Positions 45,241 through 57,997 of a stretch of DNA of 64,000 bases are shown here, piece after piece (within the stretch, counting starts at the first letter, position 1; every line of letters starts with the position of its first letter). This DNA is from Blastocladiella emersonii ATCC 22665. Taxonomy: Eukaryota; Fungi; Blastocladiomycota. The stretch lies in assembly GCA_025594325.1 (NCBI GenBank), contig JANHCV010000001.1:2356001-2420000 (forward strand), in the 5' to 3' direction. Under the pieces are notes generated by a model, which was given only the letters and a program-made list of their open reading frames with translations, was not told where the DNA came from and searched no databases. The translations under genes were made by a program, and so were the position numbers.

Positions 45241-47920
45241 TCACGTCGCCTGGGACTGCATGCGGCTGTGGAGGTACCACCGCAGCGCGCGGATCGCGTG
45301 GATGTGGTGCACCTTGCGCTGGACCGCGGGCGACGGCGTCGGTGCTGCTGGCCGCGGCGGCGGCGGCTGCGCGCCGCGGAGCGACATGCCGGCCATGGAC
45401 CCGGCGAGCGCGTCGGGGTCGTGCGAGCTCGATCGGCGCGGCGGGAGCGCCGGTGCCGCCATCGGTTTCGACTGCTGCTGCTGCGACGGGTGCGCTCGTG
45501 GCTGTGCGGGCGGCGGCCGCGCGGCAGCGACGGGTGCGGGCGCGGGCTGCTTCTGCGCCACCGAGTCCTTTTTGCTCTTGTCCTTGCCCTTGCCCTTCTT
45601 CCCCTGGACCCCCGCGGCGCCAGCCTTCTGCTCGTCGGCGGCCGCGATATCCGCGGTGCCGACGCTGCGGAACTCGAAGACGGGGAGGATCTCGCGCTCG
45701 AGCTCCTTCTGGCGGCGGCGCTCTTCCTTGGCGCGGCGCTTGGCCTCCTTCTGCTCGAGCCGCAGCTTGCGGTACGCGGACGTCGAAATGTTCGAGTAGT
45801 AGGCGTGCACGGGCTGTTCCTCGGGGAGCGGCACGTTGCCGGCCGACGACGCGGGCGGGGTCGGGAGCAGCGGCGCGGAGCTCACGCCGGAGCCCGAGCC
45901 GGGGACGAGGAACGGGTCCGAGCCCGTCGCGCGCATGCCGGGCGGCAGACTCGAGGACGAGGACGGCGAGGACATGCCGATAGCGGCGCCGAGCGAGTGC
46001 GACGACGCGGACGCCGTGGACGCGACGGACATGGGCGGCGGGACGAAGCTGAACTGGCCGTACGGGTCCGGGGTGGCCGAGGTGGTCGAGGGGGGCGCCG
46101 AGGTCGCGAGCGCCTCGAGGAAGAAGGCCACGTCCGGGTCCGTGGCGCACATGTTGGTCTCGAGCTGGTCGAGGTACCCGAGAATGGTGCGCGAGTCGAT
46201 GTCGGGCATGGTTGACAAAATGGGCGTCGCGAGCAGGTTGCCCGAGACGAGGCCGGGCGCGAGGTGGTCGAGCGACGCGGCCACGTTGGCGTCGTACGTC
46301 GGCGCGAGCCGCTGCTTCTTGACCTCCTCGAGGAACAGGTCGAGCTCGTCGAGGTCGTCGAGCGCGCGTTTCGGCGGCGCCGTGGTCCGCGTTGCAGGCG
46401 CCGGCCCCGCCGCCGCCTGGAAGTCAGGCGGGAGGAGCTGCGGGAGCGCCTGCTGCTGCTGCTGCTGCTGCTGGAGCTGGAGCTGCATCATCATCTGCGC
46501 GTGCTGCTGCTGCTGGTGCACCACGTCGCCGGAGAGCGCGCCTGAGAAGTTGGACTGATAGGCTACAAATCGGAGGTAAGAAAACGAGTCAAATCAAGGC
46601 GACATCACACAGCATGCGCAGGCCGCGATGCGTACAGGTGCCGTTGCCGACGGCCGAGTCGGGCGTGGGCGGGAAGGTGAGCGGCGACGGGTGGCGGCCG
46701 GCCATGCCCTGCACGGCGAGGGGCGAGGGCGTCTGCAGCAGCGGGTCGTACGGCGCCATGTTGGGGCTCACGTAGTGGGCCTGCTGTTGCTGCTGGTACG
46801 GCGGCGCGAGGCCGGGGTGCATCGGCATGGCGTAGTGCGGCGCCGAGCACGTCGACGAGACGCGTGGCGGCGCGACGACGGCGGGCGGCGTGGTCGCGTA
46901 CGCGGGCGAGGGAGGCGCGGCTGCTGCAGCCGAGGCGGCGGCGAGGGCCGATCCGGGCGGGCCGGCGACGACGGTGCCCTGCGGGGTCTGGAAGTAGGCG
47001 GCGTTGTTGGGTCCGGCACCGATGAGGACCGAGCCGGGCGGGATGCCGGGCGGGAGCGATCCAGAGGCCGAGGGCGGCATGTGGGGGGCAGCAGGACCCG
47101 CCGTGTACACGGGCGCCGAGGCCACGGCGGCCGAGGGCCTTGGCACGGCGTGCTGCAGCCGCTGCTGGACGACAGGTGCCGAGGCGGCAGGTGCGGCGGC
47201 GACAGCAGCTCCATTCACCGGACTCGGGCCGGGCGCAGCAGCGGCGCCGTCGGGCGAGAGCGGGAGATGGACGCGCTCGTGCTTCTTGAGGTCCTGCGGG
47301 CGCTTGAAGCGCTTGCTGCAGGCGGTGCAGACGTGCGGCTTGAGCGGGACGTGGACGCGCAGGTGCGACGTGATGTGGTCGCGCTTCTGCTTCTCGATGC
47401 CGCACTCGGACTTGCCGTCGGGCAGGATCCACGCGCACCGCAGGCACAGGTTGCCCGACGTCTTGCGGCCAATGTGGTCGTTGGTCAGGTGCGAGAAGAG
47501 CGCCTCGGGCTCGAGGAACACCTGCTCGCACCCGCGCCAAAGGCACGCGAAGGGCCCGTCGTCGTCGTCCTCGTCCTCGTCGCTCGCGTGCGCGCTGGCA
47601 CCGCGGGCCTTGGGCGGCGGCGCAGGCGCGGAGGAGGCGGGCGGGTGCTGCAGCGGCTGCTGCGACACGGCGGGCATCGGCATGGACATGGGAGTCGGGA
47701 CCGGCATCGCCATGGGCATCGACATGGGCTGCATTGGCTGCTGGTGCTGCGGATACTGCTGCTGCTGGTACGACATGAAGTGGCGCGGGTCGTCCTGCGG
47801 CGGCGAGTAGTAGGCGCGCGACGCGGCGGCCATGTCGGCGGGCGTGGGCGGCAGCGGGCGGACCGAGCGGGGAGGCGCGGGCGCGGCGGCGGGCGCGGCG
47901 TGCGCGTACGACGAGGACAT
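45241..47920 (-). CDS. pacC: PacC/Rim101 pH-response C2H2 zinc-finger transcription factor; intron 46563-46635
   Basis: [70 protein letters not shown]; downstream block [17 protein letters not shown]. Confidence 0.93.
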
Positions 47921-48175
47921 GGTGGTGGCGGTTGCTGAGATGGTAGGGTGGCGTTCGTGTGCCGACCAGGGCGGGACACGAGTGGAGCGAAGGTGGAGAG
48001 AGGCGATTTCACCCGGCGGTGCCTCGTTGAGGGATCCCGCGGCCAGCCAGCGTGGACGGGGGCACGATGCGGGCGCGATGCAGCGAGTCGGAACGCTTCG
48101 TTGAGCAAGCGTGCGGGGGCACGAGGGAGGGGAGCGACAAAAGCGGCCGCGGCAGCGCGGGAGGGAGGAGCCCGG

Positions 48176-48184
48176 TTCTTGGCA
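48176..48184 (-). promoter_or_regulatory. Candidate PacC/Rim101 binding site TGCCAAGAA upstream of pacC
   Basis: Plus strand TTCTTGGCA, 256 nt upstream of the pacC ATG; further GCCARG at 48265-48270 and 48525-48530. Confidence 0.3.
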
Positions 48185-48719
48185 AATCACCTGACGCGAA
48201 CAGTCGCGACACGCCTCGCCAGCGGGTGCCTCTCTCGCTCGTCGTTTGCTGGCTCGCTCGCACGCTTGGCGAGGGCGCAACAACAATGAACTGCTGCGGC
48301 CGTAGGGCTGGCCGTAGGGTCCCTGCTGCGGCTCACGGTGACGACACGGTTAGGGCTCGGGTTAGGACTCGGCGCGAACGCGCGAACGTGGCCGTCCGCG
48401 ACCACTTCGTGATGCGAGCCTGATCCACCTAGGAAACCGTGGTCGCTGAGCGGGAAACAACCATGGCCGTGGTGCCATCTCTCGTGTCGAGATCTGGTCC
48501 GCGCGCTGATCTTGTGCGCGTGCACCTGGCAACGAAGAGTGTGAGCATCACGTTGGCGGCGCCTCAGCCACTGATGGTGCCGCACGTCGCCGGCCCGATC
48601 CCGATCCGCCCCCCTGGACCGCTCTGCGCCACGGACCACGGCGGTCAACAACGACAACGGATCTTCTCTCTTCCGCCTCGAACGCGACTATCGTCTCGAT
48701 CCCGTTACGCATCAACACC

Positions 48720-49721
48720 ATGTCGTCGTCGTCGTCGGCCCCTGTCCCCGCCTCGCCCGCCAAGGCCGTGCGCCCGCGCGACGAGCCCGCGTCGCCCGCG
48801 GCCGCCGCCGCGACCAAGAAGGCCAAGGCCGATCTCGCGCACCCGAACATCAAGGACGGGTGGTTCCGCGAGACCACGGCCATGTGGCCCGGGCAGGCCA
48901 TGTCGCTGCAGGTCGAGGAGATTCTGCACGTCGAGCGGTCGCAGTACCAGGACGTGCTCGTGTTCCGCAGCGCCACGTACGGCAACGTGCTGGTGCTCGA
49001 CGGCGTGATCCAGGTCACGGAGCGCGACGAGTGCGCGTACCAGGAGATGATCGCCATGCTGCCGCTCAACGCCCACCCGAACCCCAAGAAGGTGCTGGTC
49101 GTCGGCGGCGGCGACGGCGGCGTGCTGCGCGAGGTCGTCAAGCACCCGTCGGTCGAGTCGGTCACGCTGTGCGAGATCGACGAGGCCGTGCCGCGCGTCT
49201 CCAAGCTGTACCTGCCCAAGCTCGCCGCGGGCTTCGACCATCCCAAGGTCACGGTCCACATTGGCGACGGCTTCGAGTTCCTCAAGGACAAGCAGGGCGT
49301 CTACGACGTGATCATCACCGACTCGTCCGACCCCGTCGGCCCCGCCGAGGCCCTGTTCCAGGACTCGTTCTTCTCGCTGCTGCACACGGCCCTCACCCCG
49401 AACGGCATTATGTGCTCGCAGGGCGAGTGCTACTGGCTGCACCTCCAGCTCATCGCCGACGTGCTCACCACCACCCGCACCATCTTCCCCTCCACGGCCT
49501 ACGCCACCGTCTCGATCCCGACCTACCCCTGTGGGACGATCGGCTTCATCCTCTCGTCCAAGGAGGCCAACAAGGACTTTGGCAACCCGATCCACGCCAT
49601 TTCCGCCGCCGAAGAGAACGAGCTGTACCGCTTCTACAACGCCGACCTGCACAAGGCCGCCTTCCAGGTCCCGACGTTCGTGCGCAAGGCCATCGAGGGC
49701 GCCATCAACAAGAAGGAGTAG
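48720..49721 (+). CDS. SPE3: Spermidine synthase, single exon
   Basis: [63 protein letters not shown]. Confidence 0.98.
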   Translation: MSSSSSAPVPASPAKAVRPRDEPASPAAAAATKKAKADLAHPNIKDGWFRETTAMWPGQAMSLQVEEILHVERSQYQDVLVFRSATYGNVLVLDGVIQVTERDECAYQEMIAMLPLNAHPNPKKVLVVGGGDGGVLREVVKHPSVESVTLCEIDEAVPRVSKLYLPKLAAGFDHPKVTVHIGDGFEFLKDKQGVYDVIITDSSDPVGPAEALFQDSFFSLLHTALTPNGIMCSQGECYWLHLQLIADVLTTTRTIFPSTAYATVSIPTYPCGTIGFILSSKEANKDFGNPIHAISAAEENELYRFYNADLHKAAFQVPTFVRKAIEGAINKKE

Positions 49722-49765
49722 GCGTAGTGGTTCGCTAGCTATCATAAATACATGTATCTATCCGA

Positions 49766-50608
49766 CTAGCGCTCCGAGTCTAGATCGTTCGGGTCCACGG
49801 CCGCGCGCTCGTGGAACGGCACGTAGCCCGGCCGCGCCAGGTTGGTCCGCGTCCACCCGCACGCCATGCACTGGTACACGACGCGCGGCGCCGTCGAGCC
49901 CGTCATGCGCTTCCACGCCGGTTCCGCTGCTGTCGCTGGTTCGGACTCGGCGGTCTTGGCGGTCTCGGCGTTCTTGGGCTCGGCGGGATCTACGAAGTAG
50001 CGGTCAGTGATGCGTTCGGTGTGAGCACGCTGAGAACGCGTACCAGTCACGTCAATGTCGCACGTCGCACCCGGGACCATGAACGTGGAGCACCGCCGGC
50101 ACACCGAGTGCTTGACGCTCGGGTCACTACACGTCGATCCAGTAAGAACAACCCCCACGCCGATCAACTCCACGCCAGCGTACATCTTGAGCGAGCTCTT
50201 GCGCGCCGTCGCCATCATCTCGCGCGCGAGGTGCCGGCCCAGCGCCGTGAGCCCCGGTAGCTGCTCGTGCGGCGCGTGCTTCCGCCGCGATTTGCGCTTG
50301 CCCTTCACATCCTTCTTCTCGACGCGACCCGAAGGCGCCGGTGCCGACTGCGGCAGCGACACGAGGTGCGCGGCCTGCATCAGAAAGTTGAGCCGCCGGT
50401 AGAGCTCCGAGCCCTCGCCCGGACCCACAATGTCGCGGCGCGCGGCTTTGACGGCCTTCTTGGACTGTTTCTGCTGCTGCTTCTGAGCCTGCTTCGGCTG
50501 CTGTGGCTTCTTGCCGCCCCTGCCCGCCGGCGTCGGTGCCCCCGCGTCGCTGGCCGCGTCGGGTCTCACCTCCGGCGCGACGGTCGTTGATTCATGTGTA
50601 GACTCCAT
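49766..50608 (-). CDS. RPR2: RNase P subunit Rpr2/RPP21; introns 49990-50043, 50127-50183
   Basis: RLNFLMQAA, IDPSVKHSVCRRC, VYQCMACG (Zn ribbon). Confidence 0.85.
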   Translation of the reverse strand: MESTHESTTVAPEVRPDAASDAGAPTPAGRGGKKPQQPKQAQKQQQKQSKKAVKAARRDIVGPGEGSELYRRLNFLMQAAHLVSLPQSAPAPSGRVEKKDVKGKRKSRRKHAPHEQLPGLTALGRHLAREMMATARKSSLKMYAGVELIGVGVVLTGSTCSDPSVKHSVCRRCSTFMVPGATCDIDVTGTRSQRAHTERITDRYFVDPAEPKNAETAKTAESEPATAAEPAWKRMTGSTAPRVVYQCMACGWTRTNLARPGYVPFHERAAVDPNDLDSER

Positions 50609-50896
50609 TGCAACGAGTGAGCGGTTGATCGTCCGTGGAACAGGAGCGAAGCCGATGGATCACGCGACGGTGGTGCTTGCTCGCGAAGTGTCCGCTTCGA
50701 GTCGAAGCGAGCGGCTCGGCTCGGTCTCTCCCGCGCCCCGTGCTTCGCGCCGCGACGACATGTAAAATGCAGCGCCCTGCCTGCGACGCTCGCTCCCCTT
50801 TGTCGCTGCAGCCCGTCGTGTCCGAGCCGCATCCGACCGTTCGCACTTGGTGCACTCTGCCTGCCCGTCTCCCTCGTGAACCTTGAACCGTGAACC

Positions 50897-52037
50897 ATGT
50901 CGACGACGTCCGCGCTGAACGCGGCCAACAAGGCGTCCAAGGAGGAGCTGTACCGCAGCGTGCAGCCGCAGGACGCCGAGGACGCCAAGTACGCGCAGAC
51001 GACGCAGGTGCAGCAGCAGGACCTGAACGTGCGTCTCGTGTGCACGTACTGCAAAAAGGACCCGCCCAACGTCATCGAGGACTTCAAGCAGGGGGACCTG
51101 GTGTGCGCCGACTGCGGCACCGTATTCAAGGACCGCATCATCGACACGCGGTCCGAGTGGCGCACCTTCTCGGCCGACGAGGGCGGCGACGACCCGTCGC
51201 GCGTCGGGTCCACGGAGAACGCCCTCATGGGGTCCATGAACATGGAGACCACCATCAACGACGCGCGCGGCGGCACCTCGGGCCCAGGAAAGGACCTGTC
51301 CAAGGCCCACGCCAAGACCTCGTCGATCCGCGACCACAAGGTCGTCCTCCAGGGGTTCAAGGAGGTCGGCACCCTCGGCGAGAAGCTCGGCCTGCCGAAA
51401 AACTACATTGACACGGCCAAGCAGTACTTCCGCACCGCCGTCGAAAAGGACCTCAACGTCCAGAAGCGCGTCGCCCACTACGCCGGCGCCTGCCTCCTCC
51501 TCGGCTGCCGTAAGCACGGCGTCACGCGCACCATTGACGAGTTTGCCCGCATGCTCGGCATCAAGAAGCACGGTACGTTGACTCGGTTCGTCGCTCGTTC
51601 GCCGTGGGCCAACTGACCTTGCACACATCCTTTTCGCGGGAACAGAGTTCGGCCGCCTGCTCCTGCAGGTCAACAAGACGGTGGCGAACCTGGCGCGCCA
51701 GGAGACCATCGACACGGGCGCACGCCTGTGCGACGCGCTGGACCTCCCCGCGTCGTCGGCGCAGCTGGTGACCGAGGTGTCGCGCAACGCGCGCGACATT
51801 GACGAGCTGGCGAGTCGCGTCCCCGGCACGATCCAGGGCGCGGCCGCGCTGTTCGTGTCGCAGCTGATCGGCATGCCGCGCAGCGTCAAGGACATCTCGG
51901 TCAAGGTCGACGTCGCCGAGACCACCATCAAGGTCGCGTTCCGCCTCATGCTCCAGCACCGCGACCGCATGCTGTCCAAGGACAACGCGGCAAAGTACGC
52001 GACCCAGCTCGCTGCCCTGTACGACATTACGGCCTGA
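50897..52037 (+). CDS. SUA7: Transcription initiation factor TFIIB (divergent core); intron 51573-51645
   Basis: Zn ribbon CTYC..VCADCG, B-reader IDTRSEWRTFS..DPSRVG, two cyclin-like repeats. Confidence 0.88.
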
Positions 52038-52106
52038 GAGGCGCGGCGGCGCGGACTGTAACCGATCATTATAAAAAACGTGTGTGACTTTTTCAAAATT
52101 TGCTCC

Positions 52107-53116
52107 TCACGACAGCAGCGTCATGAGCTCGGCCGCGCGCGTCTGCGCTAGCGCAATGTACGACTTGAGGTCCGCGAGCGGCACGGCCGCGCCGCCCATC
52201 TTGTGCATGCCGAGCAGCGGGCCCGTCGGGTTCAGACCGTCGACGATCACGGTCGTCGCCTGCTCCTGCAGGTCCTCTTCCTCGGCCGTCGGGTCGGCGA
52301 GGATACGGCTACACACGTCGCGCGGGGTTAGTCTGGGGTGGATCTGATTTGGGAGCGCGAGCGAGCGTACCCGTCAAACGTCGCGAGCGTGCTCGCCAGC
52401 GGGATGCGCTCCACGGTGAGCTCGACCGACCGGTCCGCGGGATCGGCGCGCACCGAGCCCTCCTCCTCGTTGAACACGGCCTTGGGCAACCGAACTAGAC
52501 ACACAGCACAATCAGTTGATGGGTCACAGCTCGAATGAGCCGAAACCACGCACCGTCCTTGAGCGCAGCAGCAAGCGCCAGGAGCGCCGCGTCGAGCACG
52601 TTGCCGTCGTAGCACAGGCACGACATGTCGGCGTACAGGACCCACGCGGCCATGCCGGACTCGATGCACAGGGCGTCCATGTCGATCATGGGCGCGCTAC
52701 AGAGTCGCACACTCACCGCGTCAGATCTTGGTCGCGCCAGTCACACCTCAATCGCGATATACCCACCGCGTGTGCAGATCCGCAATCAGCTGCGACAGCG
52801 TCTGCGCCTGGGGCGCGGGCGGGCCGGGCCGGAACGCGGACGACGCCATGGGCGGGAGGTCGACGTTGAGCACGAGGTAACCCTGGTCGGGCGTGGCTAG
52901 CGCGGGCGCGGCCACCTCGGCCTTGATCCCGCAGATCACCTTGGTCTCGCCGAGCGTCACGAGCGCGCTGCCCGCGGCCGACGGGATCACGCCCACGGCC
53001 ACCTCGGCCGACCGGAACTGCGCCAGCTGCCGCGCGTCCGGCCGCACACCCTCCACGACGAACCGGCGCAGGTACTCGCGCGGGTGCAGGCGTTTGATGG
53101 ATTCGTTGGATAGCAT
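52107..53116 (-). CDS. RRP43: Exosome complex subunit Rrp43 (RNase PH family); 4 exons
   Basis: HPREYLRRFVVEGVRPDAR, GSALVTLGETKVICGIKAE, LCIESGMAAWVLYADMSCLCYDGNVLDA, LADPTAEEE. Confidence 0.92.
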
Positions 53117-53430
53117 GGCGTCGTTACGTTGCGATTGGTCAAGCGGGGTCAACGAGGCGGAGTGAAGGCAAACGGCGCGACGAGAGCGAAGGGAGAGCGA
53201 TTCGCGACGAGGTCACCTGACGCTGCATGACCGGCTGCTACACCGCGTCGACGCGTCGTGTCTCACGCGCGAGACATCGCGACCCGTGCGCGAGACACTC
53301 GCACGCAATCCACAGGTAAAGGGTCAAAACGGCTTGTATTGTCTCGTGCGCGAGAGTGGGCGCGGACGCGAGCGCGGGCAGCCCAGCACCGCTGAGCAGG
53401 TTTGCGAGGGAAGTGCGCGGTCCACCCAAC

Positions 53431-56400
53431 TTACTGCGTGCCCCATCCCTGCTGTTGCTGCTGCTGCTGCTGCTGCTGCGACGGCGGCTGCGTGTGGTAC
53501 TGGAACTGCGACGGGTGGAGCGCCTGGGGCTGGTACAGCGGGACCTCGGCGGTGTCGTAGGCGCGGCGCGGCGGCGGCGGCTGCGTGCGGAACTCGAACT
53601 GCCCGCCGCTGCCGGGGTACTGGGGCTGGCGCTGCTGCTGCTGGTGGTAGAACGGGTGCTGCGGGTCGACGGGCAGCTGCTCGGGACTCGGCCGGTACGC
53701 GAGCCCCGTCAGGACCGGGTTCACGACGGATCCGGATCGCGCGAACGCGTCCCCGTGCATCTGGCCCATCGACTGCGGCGGTGTCGTGAGCTGCGTCGGC
53801 GCCGCGGCCGTCGTGAAGTACATGGGCATGCTCGCGCGGCCCCCACCCCCGCTGCCAGACCCGCTGCTGTGGCCTAGCGCGTCTGCGAGGTTGCCCGTCA
53901 TCCCGGCCCCACTGCCGCCCGGATCCAAGCTCATCATCCACGATCCGTCGGGCGGCGTCGCGCGCCCCGCTGCCGCGGCCGCCGCCGCGGGATGCGAGAG
54001 CCCAAAATGCGCGGGCGCGCCGCTGCCCGAGTGCTGCGAGAACGTCGTGAGCGCGCCCTCGAGCGCGCCCGTAACGCCCACGACGGCCGCCGTGTTGAAC
54101 GACGACCCGGACCCGCCCGACGAGTGCGACGCGTTGCTACTGGACCCGATCGGGTGGAACGCGAGCGAGCTGGCGGCACCGGCCCCCGCACCCGCGCCGT
54201 GGTGCGTGTTCGAGTTGGAGTTGGACCGCGACCCCGTCAGCGAGCGGCGCAGGAGGGACGGCGACCCGGGTATCGAGGCGCCGCTCGCTGCCGCCGAGGG
54301 GAGCTGCAGGGATCCGGTGCTGGCGGACGCGCCGGTGCCCGTGGTGATGCGGAACTGGTGGTGCCCGGCGGACGACGCCACGCTGCTGGTCAGCGAGGTC
54401 TGCTGCTGTTGCTGCTGCGGCGGAGTAGATGCGGATGCCGCCGCAGCGACCACGGCGGCTGCGGGCGCAACCGACGCCGCGTCGCGTTTCCGGGCGACCG
54501 GCTGCCCGGCGCGCACCTTGCGACGGGGCTGGTACTTGTAGTCCGGGTACTTGGACTCGTGCTCCTGCTTGGCGAGGATCGCGAGCTCCTTGTAGTGGCT
54601 ACGCAGCGCGCGGTCGCAGTGTTAGCCGACGCCGACGCGATGAGACGGAACGAAACGAGAAAACGTACTTGCGGACCGACGCCGACTCGTTGCGCCACAT
54701 GTCGGAGATGACCTTGGACAGGTTCGGGTTCGACAGCTCCGGGTGCGCCGCCTTGGCCGCCTGGTACACGGACCGCCGGTACAAAAAGAACGAGTTCTCG
54801 GGCCGCGGGATCTTGCCCGCCTTGCCGCTCTTGGTCCCGGACAGCGACGCGGACGCCGCCCCCGTCGACGACGACGACGCAGCAGCACCGGCGGCGCTCG
54901 CGGCACTCGCGCTGGTCGCGAAACTCGCCGCGAAACTGGTATCGTGGCGGAGCGCGGGGCTCCCGCTCGCCTGCGTCGCGGTATCAAAGTCGCCTGCAAC
55001 CGAGCCCATGTACGGCGACGCGTGCGCTGGCGCTGATGGACCGCTCGGGAGCGGAGCCGAGGCCGCAAACTGGTGGTGCTGGTGCGACGTGTGGCTGTAC
55101 ACGACGGACGGCGCGCGGCCGACGACGGAGCTCGCGTCGTCGCCCTGGATCGATGACGCGGGCGTGTGCCGCGACGCGCGCGAGGGCGATGCCGAGAGTC
55201 CGCGGTGCGGTACCCCGCCCGCCGTCTGCGTGGTGGGCGGGAGCCCGTTCGGCCCGTACACGCCGTAGATGGCGGCCTGGATCGTCGCGAGCGCGAGCGG
55301 CTGCCCGGTTGCCGCGTCGAGTGGGTACCCGGACACCGGGTCGACGGGGCAGTGCGCGAGGCGAATGTACTCGGTCACTTCGGGCGGCACGGTCCGCGCT
55401 GCCGCGTGAATCGCGTCGGCCGACGACCAGTGCGACTGCTGCGAGAGCGGGCTCGGGCCGACGGACCTGCCGAGCTGCGCATTGGCCGAGCCCGAAAGCG
55501 CCGGGATCGCGCCCGTCGACCCGCTCTTGACGCGGCCGGGGCCCGCGGAGCCCGTCGAGTGGTGGAACGACGGCGACGCGCCGTACGGCAGCGAGGACCC
55601 GGTGCTCAGCGGGTGCTGCTGCATCAGCGTGTCGTAGCCCGTCGAGAACTCGTATGCCGGCTGCTGCTGCTGCGTGGTGGTGGCGCGCTGCGGTTCGGGC
55701 ACGCGCGGCGACCCGCCGAGCCCGCCGACCGCAGCCATGCGCGCTGCGACCTCGTCGGCCTGTGCGTAGTGCTGCTGGCCCGACAGCCCGCTCTGCATGG
55801 ACGAGAGCCCCGAGGCGATCTGCGACTGGCTCCCAAATATGGACGACGAGAAGCTCGCAGACGAGAAATCGAGCGAGCCCATGGACGGCGACTGGAACTG
55901 GTCGAACGACCCAAGCGCGCCGAGCATCAGGCGGCCGGAGCCCAGCTGGCTGCTGAGCGCGCCGTTGCCGTTGCCCGTTACGCTCGACTGCTGCTGCTGC
56001 TGGTAGTGGTCGAACGAGGACTGTGCGGCGGGCAGCGGCTGCGGTTGTGGCGGCACGCTGCCGGTTGTCCATGACCGCGACGCGTCGTAGCGCGGGAGCT
56101 GCTGCGGCTGCTGGAATGATGATGGTGGTGGTGGTGGCGGCGGTTGCTGCTGGATGGGCTGAGCGACCGAACCGCCAATCGCGCGCAGGTAGTCCTGGTG
56201 GAGCTGGTCGGCGGCCATGGAGTACGACGCCGGGTCGGCGTAGTCGACGGACGGCTGCGACGAGACGCCGGTGCCGTTGAGGGCGGCGAGGAGCGGGTTC
56301 ACCGAGCCGCCGCCGCCGTACGACGCGTCGAACGACTGCTGCTGCTGCTGTTGCTGCTGTTGCTGAAGTCGCTGGAGCTGCTGCTGTTGTTGTAGTTGCT

Positions 56401-57997
56401 GCTGTAGCTGGTGCTCCTGCAGCTGGTACTGGTGCGACGAGAGCTCGGGCGGGTACGACATCTGCTGCTGCATCTGCGACTGGTCGAGGTGCTGCGCCAT
56501 GGACACGGCCGGCTGCTGCTGCTGCTGCTGCCGAAACGCGGGCTGCGCCTGGGCCGAGAAGGGTTGCGATGGCTGCATCATGGACTGGCGCGAGTCGGGC
56601 CGCGCGCGCGAACCCGCTCCCGTTGCAAACTCGGGCATCAGGCCCGCGTCGAAGCCGAGCAGCTCGGTCTCGATGGGCGCGCCCGAGGCGAACAGGTTCG
56701 AGTTCTGCAGCGCCTGCGAGATGCTCGGCGGGAGCGTGAGCGGCTGCGCGTCGGCCGCGAGCAGCGACCGCGTGCCGGGCGGGACGGAGCCGGCGCCGTG
56801 CGGGACGGGCGTCGAGGAGGCCGAGATCGGGGCGGCGGCCTGCGGCAGGCGCGAGAGGGCCGCAGTGAGCGCCGCGGGATCGACGCTGCCGGCCGATGAG
56901 GAGGGTGGCCGCTGCAGGTGCGGATGCGGGTGCGGGTGCGGGTGCTGCATCCGCTGGCGCTTCTGCTCCTGGTCGACCGCGGCGGCGGATACAGCGGTCT
57001 GGGTGTTACCGCCGAGCAGCATCATGGGGTCGACGAACGCGCACTCGTGGCTGCTGCTGCCGCCGGCGGGCTCGAAGCCGGGCAGGGCGGGCCCGTCGAG
57101 CGGGAGCATGGGCACATTGGCGAGGCTCGCGTCGTGCTCGGGGAAGAGGAGCGGTGACGCGTTGGGCGAGACGGAGCGCGAGGCCGTCGACACGGACGCG
57201 GTCGAGGCGAGCGGGGTGATCTCGCGCTCCTCCATGACAATGTCGTCGCCCGCGCCGGCGGCGGCGGCCGAGTCGTCGGGCTGGCGGCCGTCGTCGTCGA
57301 CGTTCATGCCGGTCGCGGCGGTGAACATGGCGGCGGCCGAGGCGGCAGCGGCGGCGGCGGCGGCGTCGGGCATGGACGCGTAGAGGTGGGTGGCGGAAGC
57401 GGAAGTCGGGTGCTGGTGCTGGTTGTGTTGCAAATGTTGCGGGAGCGTCGCGTCGTTCATCCGTTGCTGCTGCTGCTGCGGCAGTGGCGGCTGTTGTGGC
57501 GGCGGCTGATACTGCTGCTGCTGTTGCTGATAGTACTGCTGTTGCTGCTGAAACTGCTGTTGTTGCTGGTACTGCTGCTGGTACTGCTGGTACAGCTGGT
57601 GCTCGGCCTGCATCTGGGCCTGCTGCTGCTGTTGCTGGTGTTGCGCGAAGATCGAGTCGAGCGAGAGCGGGAGCAGGCCGTAGCCCGCGTTCGCCAGGGC
57701 GTCGTTGGCGAACGAGGCGGACGTCGGCTGGCCGAGCGCGTAGTCGATCGTCTGGTGGCCCTGCTGCAGCTGCACGGCGGACGGGTTGGACCCGCCCGTG
57801 TAGAAGGCCGAGGACGCCGAGGCGTTGGACGCGGAGCTCGACGCATGCTGCTGCTGCTGAGGTGGTGGCGGCTGCTGCGCGAGGAGCGGGCGGCCGGCCA
57901 TGGACACGCCGGCGGCGGCGGCCGCAGCGGCCGCGGCATCACTCGCGGTGCTGCGAAACGAGCCGGCGCCCGAGCTGAGCGTCGGATGCCATGACAT
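53431..57997 (-). CDS. Q-rich HMG-box transcription factor (MATA_HMG/Sox-type box), about 1500 aa; intron 54599-54668
   Basis: KIPRPENSFFLYRR..HPELSNPNLSKVISDMWRNESASVR|NHYKELAILAKQEHESKYPDYKYQPRRK. Confidence 0.9.

Noticed and set aside
24365-57997. TPT-family transporter plus HMG-box gene as a Mucorales-type sex locus (TPT-HMG-RNA helicase)
   Set aside because: The two genes are about 28 kb and 12 genes apart, no RNA helicase is present, the transporter looks SLC35C2-like, and the HMG protein is far larger than SexM/SexP.
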